A stretch of DNA of 40,809 bases from Octopus bimaculoides (lineage: Eukaryota): positions 10,260,795 to 10,301,603 of the forward strand of contig NC_068993.1 of NCBI RefSeq assembly GCF_001194135.2, given 5' to 3'. The notes below the pieces were generated by a model that was not told the origin of the DNA, did no database searches, and worked only from the letters and a program-made list of their open reading frames with translations. The position numbers and the translations under genes were made by a program. Shown piece after piece: positions 22,602-33,694 of the stretch; position 1 is the stretch's first letter, and each line of letters begins with the position of its first letter.

Positions 22602-23159
22602 TTAACCCTTTAACATTTAAAACAGCTTATATCCGGCCAAAATATTTTGTTTGTTTCATATTCAAACTGGCCAGATCCAGTCTCTCACACCTACCCTACA
22701 ATATCATGCTAAAAGTAAATAATCCCATAACTGAAACCTCAAAACTATGAGATAATGCACGAGTAATTCAAAACAATATGAATAAATAATCAGTACATTT
22801 GACAAACGGGGAGACGCAATGGCCCAGTGGTTAGGGCAGCGGACTCACAGTCGGAGGATTGTGGTTTCGATTCCGAGACCAAGTGTTGTGTGTGTTTATT
22901 GAACGAAAACACCTAAAGTTCCACAAGGCTCTGGCAGGAGATGGTGGCAACCCCTGTTGTACTCTTTCGCCCCAACTTTCTCTCACTCTTTCTTCCTGTT
23001 TCTTGAGTAAAGTTGCGATGGACTGGCGTCCCATCCAGCTAGGGGGTGGGAACACATGTGCCATAGAAACCGGGCCCATGAGCCTGGTTAGGATTTAAAA
23101 AGGGTGCATAAATAAATAAATAAACATTTGACAAACTAATCTGAATGCTAAAGGGTTAA
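22602..23159. mobile_element. TTAA-flanked MITE (same family as 11836) interrupted by a SINE
   Basis: TIRs TTAACCCTTTAACATT and AATGCTAAAGGGTTAA; internal sequence matches 11836-12040. Confidence 0.8.
22808..23123 (+). mobile_element. tRNA-head SINE (family F) with 13-bp target-site duplication
   Basis: A box TGGCCCAGTGG, B box GTTTCGATTCC, (TAAA)n tail; ACATTTGACAAAC at 22795-22807 and 23124-23136. Confidence 0.85.
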
Positions 23160-23476
23160 AGGTTGTATGAGTAGAAAAATTAGGTAGTTTTTGTAAAAAA
23201 AAAAATTTATATGATTCTATATTTGTGAGATGAGGAATTTATATTATGTACATTGTCTACATTAGTAGACAAGGTATTTGTTTTAGCAACACCGAAAGGA
23301 TGAAAGGTAAAGTCAATTTCATCAGGGTTTGAACTCAGAACGTAAAGCCAGATGAAATGATGCTGCTAAGTATTTTGCCTGGCATGCGAATGGTTCTGCC
23401 AGCTTGCTGTCTTTAAAAAAACTTCATTTGTGGATTTAAAACGTCAATTAAACATACAAAAGAAACAGCCACTTAC

Positions 23477-23603
23477 CATAAACATCACCTGAAAGAAACT
23501 TTAACGCAGACACAACATTTTCAACCCAGTTATTCTGTAGACTTATCCACTGATTAAGAGAACTTGTGGGGGATTCTTGCCACTCTTTCACTTTATCATC
23601 TAA
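23477..23603 (-). CDS. NFRKB: NFRKB exon: LDDKVKEWQESPTSSLNQWISLQNNWVENVVSALKFLSGDVY
   Basis: ttttcag / gtaagt, 127 nt, phase 0-1; resembles human LEERVLDWQSSPASSLNSW. Confidence 0.93.
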
Positions 23604-23687
23604 CTGAAAAATTATAAAAATACACCGAATAAATTAGGTACCTGAAAAATTATTCATTTTCGTAAAATCTTCATAGTTTAGGACACC

Positions 23688-23838
23688 CAGTGGTTCTTCA
23701 CCATTTTCATCTATGGACCCTCTTGATGACTATTTAATTCCATGGACCCTAAATAAACTGCTACGGATCCCTAATTTACTATTTTGCTGGTATGGATCTC
23801 TCCAAAATTTTATATGGACCCCCAGTTAAGAATCACTG
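23688..23838. mobile_element. hAT-like MITE
   Basis: Termini CAGTGGTTCTT and AAGAATCACTG; several internal ATGGACCC-like subterminal repeats; no clean 8-bp TSD. Confidence 0.5.
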
Positions 23839-24596
23839 GTTTAGAAGAAGAACTGGAGTAATTATCTTTTATCTTGCTTCAGTCGTTAGACTGTGGCCAT
23901 GCTGGGGCACTGACTTGAAGAATTTTTAATCAAAGGAATCCACCCCAGTACTTATCATTTTAAGTCTGGTACTTATTCTATCAGGCTCTTTTGCCGAACT
24001 GCTAAGTTGTGGGGACATAAAGTGGTTGGCATTCGGAAGGACATCCAGTAGTAAAAATCATGCCATAATTAATCTCGCCTGTGCTTAGTGTAAAAAGCTC
24101 TGAGTCCACTCTGCAGAGTGGTTGGTGTTAGGGAGGGCATCTAGCTATAAAAAACTTGCCAAAACAGACAGAGTAGCATAGGGTAGTTTTCCTACCTGGC
24201 CAGCTCCTGTGAACCATCCTACCCATGCATGCATTGATGATGATGATGATGATGATGGTAAACACACCAACAATGTCAAGTGGTGGTGGTGGTGGTGGGG
24301 GGACAAACACAGACACAAACACACACACACAAAACAGTCTTCTTTCAGTTTCTATCTACCAAATTCACTCACAGGGTTAGCATATGCAGATTCACACAAA
24401 GTTACTACTATGAAAAGACATTACATTATAACTGAACCAACAGGGAAATTTCTATATGGTTGTTTGTAATCCTTGATGAAACAACTCCAGTTGTCTCAAC
24501 ACAAAACATTGTTTATTAAGTGTCATCCAATCAATGGACACAATTCTATCATGTGACGTTTTTTCACTCCCACATTATTTATTATTTAAGCCTACA

Positions 24597-24766
24597 TGGA
24601 TTGGCGTTAAGAAGGGCATCCAGCTGTAGAAACTCTGCCGAATCAGATTCGAGCCTGGTGTAGCCATCCGGTTTCACCAGTCCTCAGTCAAATCGTCCAA
24701 CCCATGCTAGCATGGAAAGCGGACGTTAAACGATGATGATGATGATGATGATAATGATGATGATGA
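24597..24766 (+). mobile_element. Family B retroposon, young 5'-truncated copy
   Basis: Same core, long (GAT)n tail. Confidence 0.78.
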
Positions 24767-25492
24767 CATGGATTCATCCAAGGGGACACTTTATTGACTC
24801 TACCAGGTGACATTAGATAAACATCAACTCAGTGTTGTGGATTTAATCTTTTTGTCGTAGCATTGCTTACTGTGGCTCAGAGGAGTTCATTTTGCACCAT
24901 GCGCAATTGAAGTTACAGTTCACCATTTTGCACTTGGGTCTGGAATTGTCGCAATGTTTGTTTCATTCATTAATAAACCTATGGTCTGAGCAAATATCAT
25001 TATTCATCCTATGTTATGACACTGGAAATAAAAGCCAAATCTCCCTCAAATTACATCCAACAGGTTTCAAAAGAGACAGTGATCAAGACCTTTGGTGACA
25101 TGCTGGGCTTGAGAAGACTCGTCAAGCAAAGTAAAATCGCAGTTGGGGGTCAATGCTTGTGCCATGTAATTGGCACATGAAAAGCACCCACTACACTCTT
25201 GGAGTGGTGTTAGGAAGAGCATCCAGCCATAGAAACCATGCTGAATCAGACTGGAACCTGGTGCAGCTCTCCAGCTTACCAGTTCCAGTTAGACCGTCTG
25301 ACCCATACCAGCATGGAAAGCAGACGTTAAATGGTGATATTGAAAAGAGAGAGACATCATGGACAGTGCAGTTCATGGCTGGAACACTTTGTGCTGTTAG
25401 CCTACCTAATCAAGCCTGACTAAGCATTAGACAAAATCAACATTGAAGACATTTCTTGAAGAAATGACGCAACAACAACAACATTCATCAAA

Positions 25493-25679
25493 TTAACCCA
25501 TTAGCATCCACGGTCCTTTTTTTAGGACCAGAAGGATAATCCATCATATTTCTGCAACACCTGTATTTTTCTGAGATATCTTTAGTTAGTCATCAAAACT
25601 GGGGTGTTTTTCAAATATTATAATAAAAAAGATTTTTGGTAATAAATCAAATAAAAAAATTGGGGCATAAATGGGTTAA
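25493..25679. mobile_element. Second TTAA-flanked MITE family
   Basis: Starts TTAACCCATT and ends AATGGGTTAA (10-bp inverted match including TTAA); interior unrelated to the first family. Confidence 0.5.
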
Positions 25680-25713
25680 GGAAACTATTTTAAAGAATGG
25701 TCAAGACACTTAC

Positions 25714-25816
25714 CTTTGCTGTGGTCACTTTGGCATCAGGAAATTCACAAATGAGATCTCTTAGCAGACTGAAAAAACTGTCATACTGACCAAATGGTAA
25801 CTTGGGTGGTAGAGTC
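25714..25816 (-). CDS. NFRKB: NFRKB exon (start of NFRKB winged-helix-like domain): TLPPKLPFGQYDSFFSLLRDLICEFPDAKVTTAK
   Basis: gtctttcag / gtaagt, 103 nt, phase 2-0; SFFSLL motif. In-frame alternative acceptors at 25834 and 25837. Confidence 0.88.
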
Positions 25817-26199
25817 CTGAAAGACAACAGGTACCTGCTAGTCAGACATCTCAAAAACAAACAAAAGTGCAATGGTGAACAAGTAATTTTTCAAGATAGA
25901 AAATGGCTATTATAAGACTATATTTTATGTTGGTGCCACATAAAAAGCATCCAGTCCATACAGTAAAGTGGTTGGCATTTGGAATGGCATTCAGCTGAAA
26001 AAGCCATGCCAAAACTGAACTCGCCTGTGCTGGTACCAAGTAAAAAGTACTCAGTCCACTCTGTGGGGTAGTTGGTGTTAAGAAGGGTATCCAGCTGTAA
26101 AAACTATGTCAAAACAGACACAGAAATCTGGTGCAGGCTTCTGCCTGGTCAGCTCCTGTCAAACCGTCCAACCCATGCCAGCATGGAAAGCAGACATTA

Positions 26200-26417
26200 C
26201 TCTTTTACTCGTTTCAGTCATTTGACTGCGGTCATGCTGGAGCACCGCCTTTTAGTTGAGCAAATCGACCCCAGGACTTATTGTTTGGAAGCCTAGTACT
26301 TATTCTATCGATCTCTTTTGCCGAACCGCTAAGTTACGGGGACGTAAACACACCACCATCGGTTGTCAAGCGATGTTGGGGAGACAAACACAGACACAAG
26401 CATATACACACACATAC

Positions 26418-26453
<36 letters not shown>

Positions 26454-26638
26454 TTATATATACATATACATATATACGACGAGCTTCTTTCAGTTTCCAC
26501 CTACCAAATCCACTCACAAGGCTTTGGTCAGCCCGAGGCTATAGTAGAAGACACTTGCCCAAGGTGCCACGCAGTGGGAATGAACCTGGAACCATGTGGT
26601 TGGTAAGCAAGCTACTTACCACACAGCCACTCCTGCGC
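26200..26638 (-). mobile_element. SINE family A, full length, inserted into the 3' end of a family B repeat
   Basis: Reverse complement of the 2444 copy; CATTA duplicated at 26195-26199 and 26639-26643. Confidence 0.82.
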
Positions 26639-26808
26639 CATTAAATGATGGTGATGATGATGATAATACACACACACATGCACAAACTCTTGCATCTTTG
26701 CACCATTGTAACCCTATCTGTTTACTGTGGAGGTCACGTTGTTAACTGAAACGAATGGGTATCATCTAAAAATATCTCACCAGGAAAAATAATCAAAAAT
26801 CTACTTAC

Positions 26809-27016
26809 TCTTGAAGGGGGAATTCAGGAACAACACATTCTTCCTCTCTCGCAAGCAATTCTGGTATTTCGATTCCACTAACATCTTCCTGGTTGGCAAC
26901 GCTGCTCTTCTTAGCAATGCTGTCGACTCGGTTTGCTTTTAATTTCTTCAGCTTCTCACCCTTTTTCTTCACCTTCTTCATAATTGCTGGACTTGATGCT
27001 GTCTCTTCAGAAACAG
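26809..27016 (-). CDS. NFRKB: NFRKB exon, Lys-rich (possible NLS): (A)VSEETASSPAIMKKVKKKGEKLKKLK...VVPEFPLQ(E)
   Basis: actttcacag / gtaagt, 208 nt, phase 1-2; matches the position of the basic KKKVKEKEEKKKKK segment of human NFRKB. Confidence 0.87.
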
Positions 27017-27314
27017 CTGTGAAAGTTAAAAAGATAAAAAAATATAAATATAAGGGGACTACATAAGAGGAATGCAAGAAGGACTTCATTTCCAGGTGGA
27101 GCCCTTTCAATTGTTCCACTTTCCCAATGTCCTTAGGGAAGGCAGAAACATCACTTTGTGTGTGTGTGTGTGTGTATGTGTGTGTGTCATCATCTTCATC
27201 ATCATTTAACATCCATTTTCCATGCTGGCAGGAGCTGGCACGCCAGAGGACTGTACCAAACTCCACTGTCTGGTTTGGCATGCTTTTTTTACATATATGT
27301 GAGTGTGTGCATGT

Positions 27315-27706
27315 CATCATCATCATCGTTTAACGTCCGCTTTCCATGCTAGCATGGGTTGGACGATTTGACTGAGGACTGGTGAAACCAGAAGGCTACA
27401 CCAGGCTCCAATCTGATCTGGCAGAGTTTCTATAGCTGGATGCCCTTCCTAACGCAAACCACTCAGAGAGTGTAGTGGGTGCTTTTATGTGCCACCGGCA
27501 CGGGGGCCAGTCTGGCGGTACTGGCAACGGCCACGCTCAAGTGGTATTTTTTACATGCCACCTGCACAGGATTCAGTCCAATGTTTTGTTCACATGCCAT
27601 CAGCACGAGTGCCAGTAAGGTGAAACTGGAAACCATCACGCTCAAATGATGCTTTTTACGTGCCACCAGCACGGAAGCGAGACCACTGCTCTGGCAGTGA
27701 TCCCGC
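27315..27706 (-). mobile_element. Family B retroposon, longest copy, with internal GTGCCA-containing subrepeats
   Basis: Reverse complement of the family B core; 5' region homologous to 4634-4800. Confidence 0.78.
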
Positions 27707-28619
27707 TAGTTAAATCAATTTCATTATTATATTTAAACTGCTTGGCACCTGGCTAAGCAGCAATAGCAGCAACTCTCCAACTGTTGGTGGTGATGTATTT
27801 TCTTATGGTGGTAATGGAAGATGGTACTGGCGGCGTGTGTTATGATGTTGGTCATAGTCACCGTAATATTTATGTAGGTGTCACCAGCCCATCTCCGACT
27901 GACTGCTTATTTTACAGGTTAAGGGGAGGATCAATATAGCTCCGTTGATATGAAGATTTCCAAGGTTAGTATGGAGGCGTCTTTGTTTGGTGATGTTGCT
28001 GCATTTGGTTTAGAGAAAGGCGCATCAATAGTGAGATTCTTCTTCATTCAGACGTGGAATAGTCAGACTCTGCTACTGATGTAACAGTTACTGCATATGA
28101 AGCATCGCATTTCTGAATGAAGAGCACCTCACTACCAACACAGCTTCCTTCCAAAGGGTAAAGGGTAAAGACCACCTTTGGTCATGAATGACCATGGAAT
28201 TGCACCTACAAAGTTCTCTTCCGAGGAACAAGTATGTTTTTATGGAAGACCGACAGTCACACATGCGTACCAGGCTCCCATCTACACTCACCAATGTTAT
28301 CCAAGGAAATGGCTGATACAGCTTAGCACCAGTGACGTCGCAACTTGTTTCTACAGCTGAGTGAACTGGAGCAACATGAAATAAAGTGTCTTGCTCAAGA
28401 ACAAAACACACAGCCTGGTCTGAAAATCGAACTCACTACCTCATAATTGTGAGCCCGACATTCTGACCACTGAACCATGCCCCTTCACATAAAGTAGTAA
28501 TAGTTCTGACATTGATGATAATGATAATGATAAAATGATGGAGTTGATAGTTGTTACGGTAACAATGGTAAAATATCTTAGCAACAATCAAAGAAAAAAA
28601 TAATTACAAATATATTTAC

Positions 28620-28713
28620 CAGAAGGAGACTTTGGCGTTGGTTTTCTAACGGCCTGGCATCGAGCCAGAATATCTAAGAGTGTGATTGAGCTGATGTCCA
28701 GTTCAGGTTGTTC
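28620..28713 (-). CDS. NFRKB: NFRKB exon: EQPELDISSITLLDILARCQAVRKPTPKSPS
   Basis: ttttgaag / gtaaat, 94 nt, phase 0-1; resembles human DHPDLLTGDLTLNDIMTRV. Confidence 0.87.
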
Positions 28714-29116
28714 CTTCAAAATGGAAAAGAAAATCATTTAGCAATAATAACAATCATCATCGTCATCATCATCATCATCATTAAACATCCGTATTCCATG
28801 CTGACATGGGTTGGATGGTTTGACAGGAGCTGCCCAGCTGAAGAGCTGCCTGGGCTCCATTTGTCTGTTTCAGCATGGTTTCTACGGCTGGATGCCCTTC
28901 CTAATGCCAACCACTTTACAAAGTGTACAAGATGCTTTCGACGTGGCACTAGCTAGTGCAAGGAAGGAAAGCAAAGTTGACCTTGGAAGGATTTGAACTT
29001 AGAGCACAGAAAATCAGAACAAAATACCATGGGACATTCTGTCTGAAGCTCTTGTGATTCTATCAATTTGCTGCAACTTGCTAAATCTGTAAGAATGTCA
29101 TTTTTAGAATACTTAC

Positions 29117-29232
29117 CCCATTTTCTGTTTTCCGCCGTTTATAATCTCTTAACATAGCTTTATAATCTTCATCGGAAAATTCTATGGGGCTTAAAGGACG
29201 CCTGACCGTTTTTCTTTGACCATTGCTATCTT
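29117..29232 (-). CDS. NFRKB: NFRKB exon: (E)DSNGQRKTVRRPLSPIEFSDEDYKAMLRDYKRRKTENG
   Basis: gtttacag / gtaagt, 116 nt, phase 1-0. Confidence 0.87.
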
Positions 29233-29773
29233 CTGTAAACAATAAGGATAGAATAAAAATAAAATTGTTTCATCATTGGGGGTAGGGTACAGTTAGACTA
29301 ATCTGCAACAGTAAAGAATAAAATACTTTTTGTACCAGTTTCTTAGTTTTTAACTTCAGAAATTCAAAAAAAGTCTAACATTATGGCATGGTTCACACAT
29401 CACTAAAACTTCATGATGGCAAGACTAGGGGGTGGAGGGCATCACTCTCACTCTGCCTCCTTCGCTTGATCTTCCCTCTGGTTACGTAACCATGTATCTC
29501 CTTCACAGAAGCATACCTGTTTCTGTCCTCTTTCTGGATAACCAATGTATCTCCTCTTCAGCAGTACACCCGTTTCTGCCCTCATTCTTGATCAATCTCA
29601 GGGAGCGAAATGAAATCAATCCCAAAGAGATTAACTGCACAACAGACTATCAAGCTGGTCTTAGCAAGATTTGAACCTGTGATGCAAAACGTCAGAACAA
29701 ATACCACAAGGCATTTTCTCTGACGTTTTAACAATTGCCAATTCGCCACTTTAGCCTAACTACTGATACTCAC

Positions 29774-29896
29774 CGACAATTTCTCCGTTTGCTACTGTCC
29801 TAGTCGAGTAAGTAGCTACGACTGTTGATGCTGCCGGTTCAGGAGATGATGGTGGATATAAAGTCTGCAGCAAATGCTTCCGGCTTTTTTGAGCAT
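29774..29896 (-). CDS. NFRKB: NFRKB exon: (N)AQKSRKHLLQTLYPPSSPEPAASTVVATYSTRTVANGEIV
   Basis: poly-T-cag / gtgagt, 123 nt, phase 1-1; lies in ORF 29760..29945. Confidence 0.87.
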
Positions 29897-30109
29897 CTGA
29901 AAAAAAAAGTTGTAATTTAAAATCAAACTTCAGAACATCAGGCAAAATGTAGAAGAATAATCAGACATATTCTCCAAAGCACCAGGACAAACTGGATTAT
30001 GCAGTCCTAGATATACTGTGTACAAAAACAAAACAAAACAACAAATGATCACAGTCAAAAAAGCTTCGTTAAGAAATCTAATTAAATTAAATTATTAAAA
30101 AATATTGGC

Positions 30110-30312
30110 TTGAAATTTTGACACAATGCCAGCAAATTTGGGGGAAGGGGGTAAGTCGACCCTGGTGCTTGACTGGTTCTTATTTCATCGACCCTGAAAG
30201 AATGAGAAGCAAAGTCGACCTCAGCAGAATTTGAACTCAGGACGTAAAGATAGATAAAATTCCACTAAGCATTTTGTCCAGCATACTAACGATTCTTCTA
30301 GCTCACCACCTT
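30110..30312 (-). mobile_element. tRNA-head SINE family D
   Basis: GGTGGTGAGCT...GAGTTCAAATTC...GGTCGACTTTGC; other copies at about 31434-31650, 31240-31410, 18040-18225, 23290-23410, 37470-37640. Confidence 0.7.
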
Positions 30313-30684
30313 CAAATTAATTAGAAATATTGATGGTAATCAAATTAAATTTCATTTGTTGGTGCCACAATAAAATTACCAAAGCCTTGTGAATAGATTT
30401 GGTAGATAAAAACTGTTTTTTTCTCGTTATTTTCAAAATTAATTTGAAATGAAAACAGCATGTTTCAACACAAATATGGTAATCAAAGGGTAAAAAATAT
30501 CTACACTGTAACAAAGGAAGCTTATTTCAAAAATCTTGAATACATATATAAAACAAAAACGTTAAATAATACATATTTTCATGAGGCTGTTGATGACATA
30601 TCTGCTGGCACAACACAAGTGAACAATGAATCTATGACTCATTGCTTTGATGAAAAATAGCTGAAAACTATTCACAAAACTTAC

Positions 30685-30755
30685 TTGGATCTTCCACCTC
30701 TTCTTCCGAAGAAGAATCCTCTGCATTGCATTCTTCCTGGACCGCTTTCAGAATT
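30685..30755 (-). CDS. NFRKB: NFRKB exon: ILKAVQEECNAEDSSSEEEVEDP
   Basis: ttatttccag / gtaagt, 71 nt, phase 2-1; resembles human VLREVKEECGDTALSSDEED. Confidence 0.9.
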
Positions 30756-31874
30756 CTGGAAATAAGCAAAGATTGGTAAATTTGTTAAGAAATAAATTCC
30801 CAAACGAACACACACACGTATACATTAATCTTCTAGGTACAGAGTAGTAAACTCTTTACAAATCAAATGGAAAAATAGTGTAAAGATGCATTAGTAGCAC
30901 CCTCTGAATATCAATTTCCTTGCTTTATATATATACATGTATACATGTTGATGAGGACACATGGCCAACAGCTTAGAGTGTTGGACTCACAACCATGAGA
31001 TCACAAGTTCAACTTCTGGCTCAAGCAATGCATTGTGACCTTGGGCAAGACACTTCATCTCTTGTTGTTCCAATCACCTCAGTTGAAAATGAGTACAAAC
31101 AGTGGCAGCTGAGGTGGGAGTGGGGGATAAGGGGTTTAACCATGTGACAGACTAGTGTCCTGCCCAGGACATGAGTTGTCTGATATTTTCAGTTGCTTGA
31201 TGACTTAAAAATCCAAGAGAAGCTCTAGCATAATGAACCTGTTGATTCGAGAGGGGATAGTCAATTACATCAACCCCCAGTGCTCAACTGGTACCTATTT
31301 CATCAACCCTAGAAAGATCAAAATAAAAGTCAACCTCAACAGCATTTGAACCTCGAATATGAAGACAAGAAATGCAGCTAAGCATGTTCTCCATGTTGGC
31401 TAATGATTCCGCCAACTTCCCACCTTACTACATATTGGTTTCAAATTTTGGCACAAGGCCAGCAATTTCGGGAGATGGAGTAAGTTGATTACATCGACAC
31501 CAGTACTCAACTGGTACTTATTTCCTCAACCCAGAAAGGATGAAAAAGAAAGTCAGTGTCAGTGGTATTTGAACTCAAAACATAAAGATGGACGAAATAC
31601 CGCTAAGCATTTTGTCCAGCATGCTAATGCTTCTGACAGCTCACCACCTTACTACATTTTACAAAGTAATAATGGACATTTATAATCAGCAACTGGCACT
31701 AAAACAAGAGTCATTTGTTCATTTTGGATATCTTAAAAGTATCTAGTCTAGTCTTGTATTGTTGGCATCAGCCTACCTGCTGCCACGTTAATAAGAAGAA
31801 ATACTAAAAGTCAAAGACAAGACACGTGAATGTAAAACAACAGGAATTTGATAACGCGAATCACTTCACCCTAC

Positions 31875-31990
31875 CTACAATACCGCTTGTTTACAACATG
31901 CTCGATACTTTGATCAGCGGGTGGAGGAGGCGTGTAACAAAACTTTGGCAGTTCGTCGGGTGGCAACCTTGATACCATCTCAAACACATG
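31875..31990 (-). CDS. NFRKB: NFRKB exon: HVFEMVSRLPPDELPKFCYTPPPPADQSIEHVVNKRYC(R)
   Basis: ttttatttgcag / gtaggg, 116 nt, phase 0-2; frame joins both neighbours. Confidence 0.87.
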
Positions 31991-33495
31991 CTGCAAATAA
32001 AACAAATGAGTCTTGAGAATTACAAATTTCAATAAAATTCCATACAACAAGGTGCATTTGTGCAACAAGTTGGGATGGTTTTGCAGACTTGCACCTTTGT
32101 ACCTGACTTGCTCCACAACCATTTCTTATTTGAACATGCCTTTCTCTATACGGAGTCAGTGTAGTGCCATGCAAAAAGCATCCAGTACACTTTGTAAAGT
32201 GATTAGCATTAATTAGAAAGGGGCTTTCAGCTGTAAAAGACATGCCGAAGCAAACATTGGAGCTTGGCACAGTTTTCTGGCTCATCGGCTCCTATAAAAA
32301 TGCCCAACTCATGCCAGCATGGAAAATGGATGTTAAACAGCAACAATGACGATGATGATAAATGTGTGTGTGTGTATACAGTAGTTGTCCCATCTCGCTG
32401 CACTCTGAATGCCAATTTTACCAAAATTGATGCTAAACAGCAGCAATCGCCATCGTCGCTATCACCATCATCATTTAATGTCTGCCTTCCATGCTGGCAT
32501 GGATCGGACGGTTTGACAGGAGCCCACATGCACCAGGCTTCTGTGTCTGTTTCCGCAGGGTTTTTACAGCCGAATGCCCTTGCTAAAAACAGCCACCCAA
32601 CAGAGTGAACCCATGATGATGATAACTCTGTGTCTGTGTGTGTGGTGTATATGCAGAATTTGTTCCGTCTTGCTGTACTCTGAGTTCCTATTCCACCATG
32701 GTCAACTTTTCCTTGAATCCGTTCAACATGAAAGACAATGTAGTGAATTGATGGCATTGTTAAATAAGGTACCTCACAGTATTGTTTGGATTGCCCATGT
32801 TCTGGGTACTCGGGTGGTAAATTTAACCCACCACTCATCCAATACTTGGGTACCTTGAGTTAGAATCTATTCTGTTGCAAGCAATTGAATCAGGCGTCCG
32901 GCATAGAGATAACTTTCTCCCTTCCTCCCACTAGTCTTGGAGGCTCTGAAAAACCAAGGAATCATAGGCACCACCATTTTTTTTTTTTTTGTTCTGATAA
33001 AGCAGCATAAAAATACAAACTGTGAACCAGTGATTGGTCTGTTATGAAGTTTATAATCACAAAATGCCGGATATAAAACGAAATACAATCTAACGGGTTA
33101 TACTCAAACCATTTTCACCCTCCCTTTACTTTCAAGTTGAACAATTGAAGAATTACAATTGACATTAAATACAAGTTATGTCTACTACTACTAAAGAAGA
33201 AGAAAGAGGAAGAGGAGGTGGTTGTCATTGGTTAACATCCATGTTCCATGCTGGTATGGGTCAAACAGTTTGACAGGATCCAGTGGGTCCAAGAACTGCC
33301 CCATACTCCGCTGTCTGCTTTGCCATAATCTCTACAGCTGGATGCCCTTTCAAATGCCAATCATTTTACAGAGTGTACTGAATGGTTATCTTCCTGCCAT
33401 GCAGCACACAAGCCTACAAGACCTGAACAGGACTACGAAACCCAATGTAGTAATAATATGAAATAAAAATATAGAGGCTAACAACAATATCTTAC

Positions 33496-33623
33496 CTGAC
33501 GAGACAAAATAACATCCTTAAAGAGTTTAGTATAATATCTCTGTTGCCTCATTTTATAGTCCCGAAATTTAAACTTTCGGTATAAATGAGGATATTTTAA
33601 AATTTCGGATGTAAAAGTTCCAC
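33496..33623 (-). CDS. NFRKB: NFRKB exon: (G)GTFTSEILKYPHLYRKFKFRDYKMRQQRYYTKLFKDVILSRQ
   Basis: ttttgtag / gtaaga, 128 nt, phase 1-0; resembles human GHFNPEVVKY...QQQYFHRLLKQILASR. Confidence 0.9.
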
Positions 33624-33694
33624 CTACAAAAGACACGGTTCACAAATGTATTATTTCAAAAGTAAAAATGAAGAAAATTACAGTCAATTGTACA

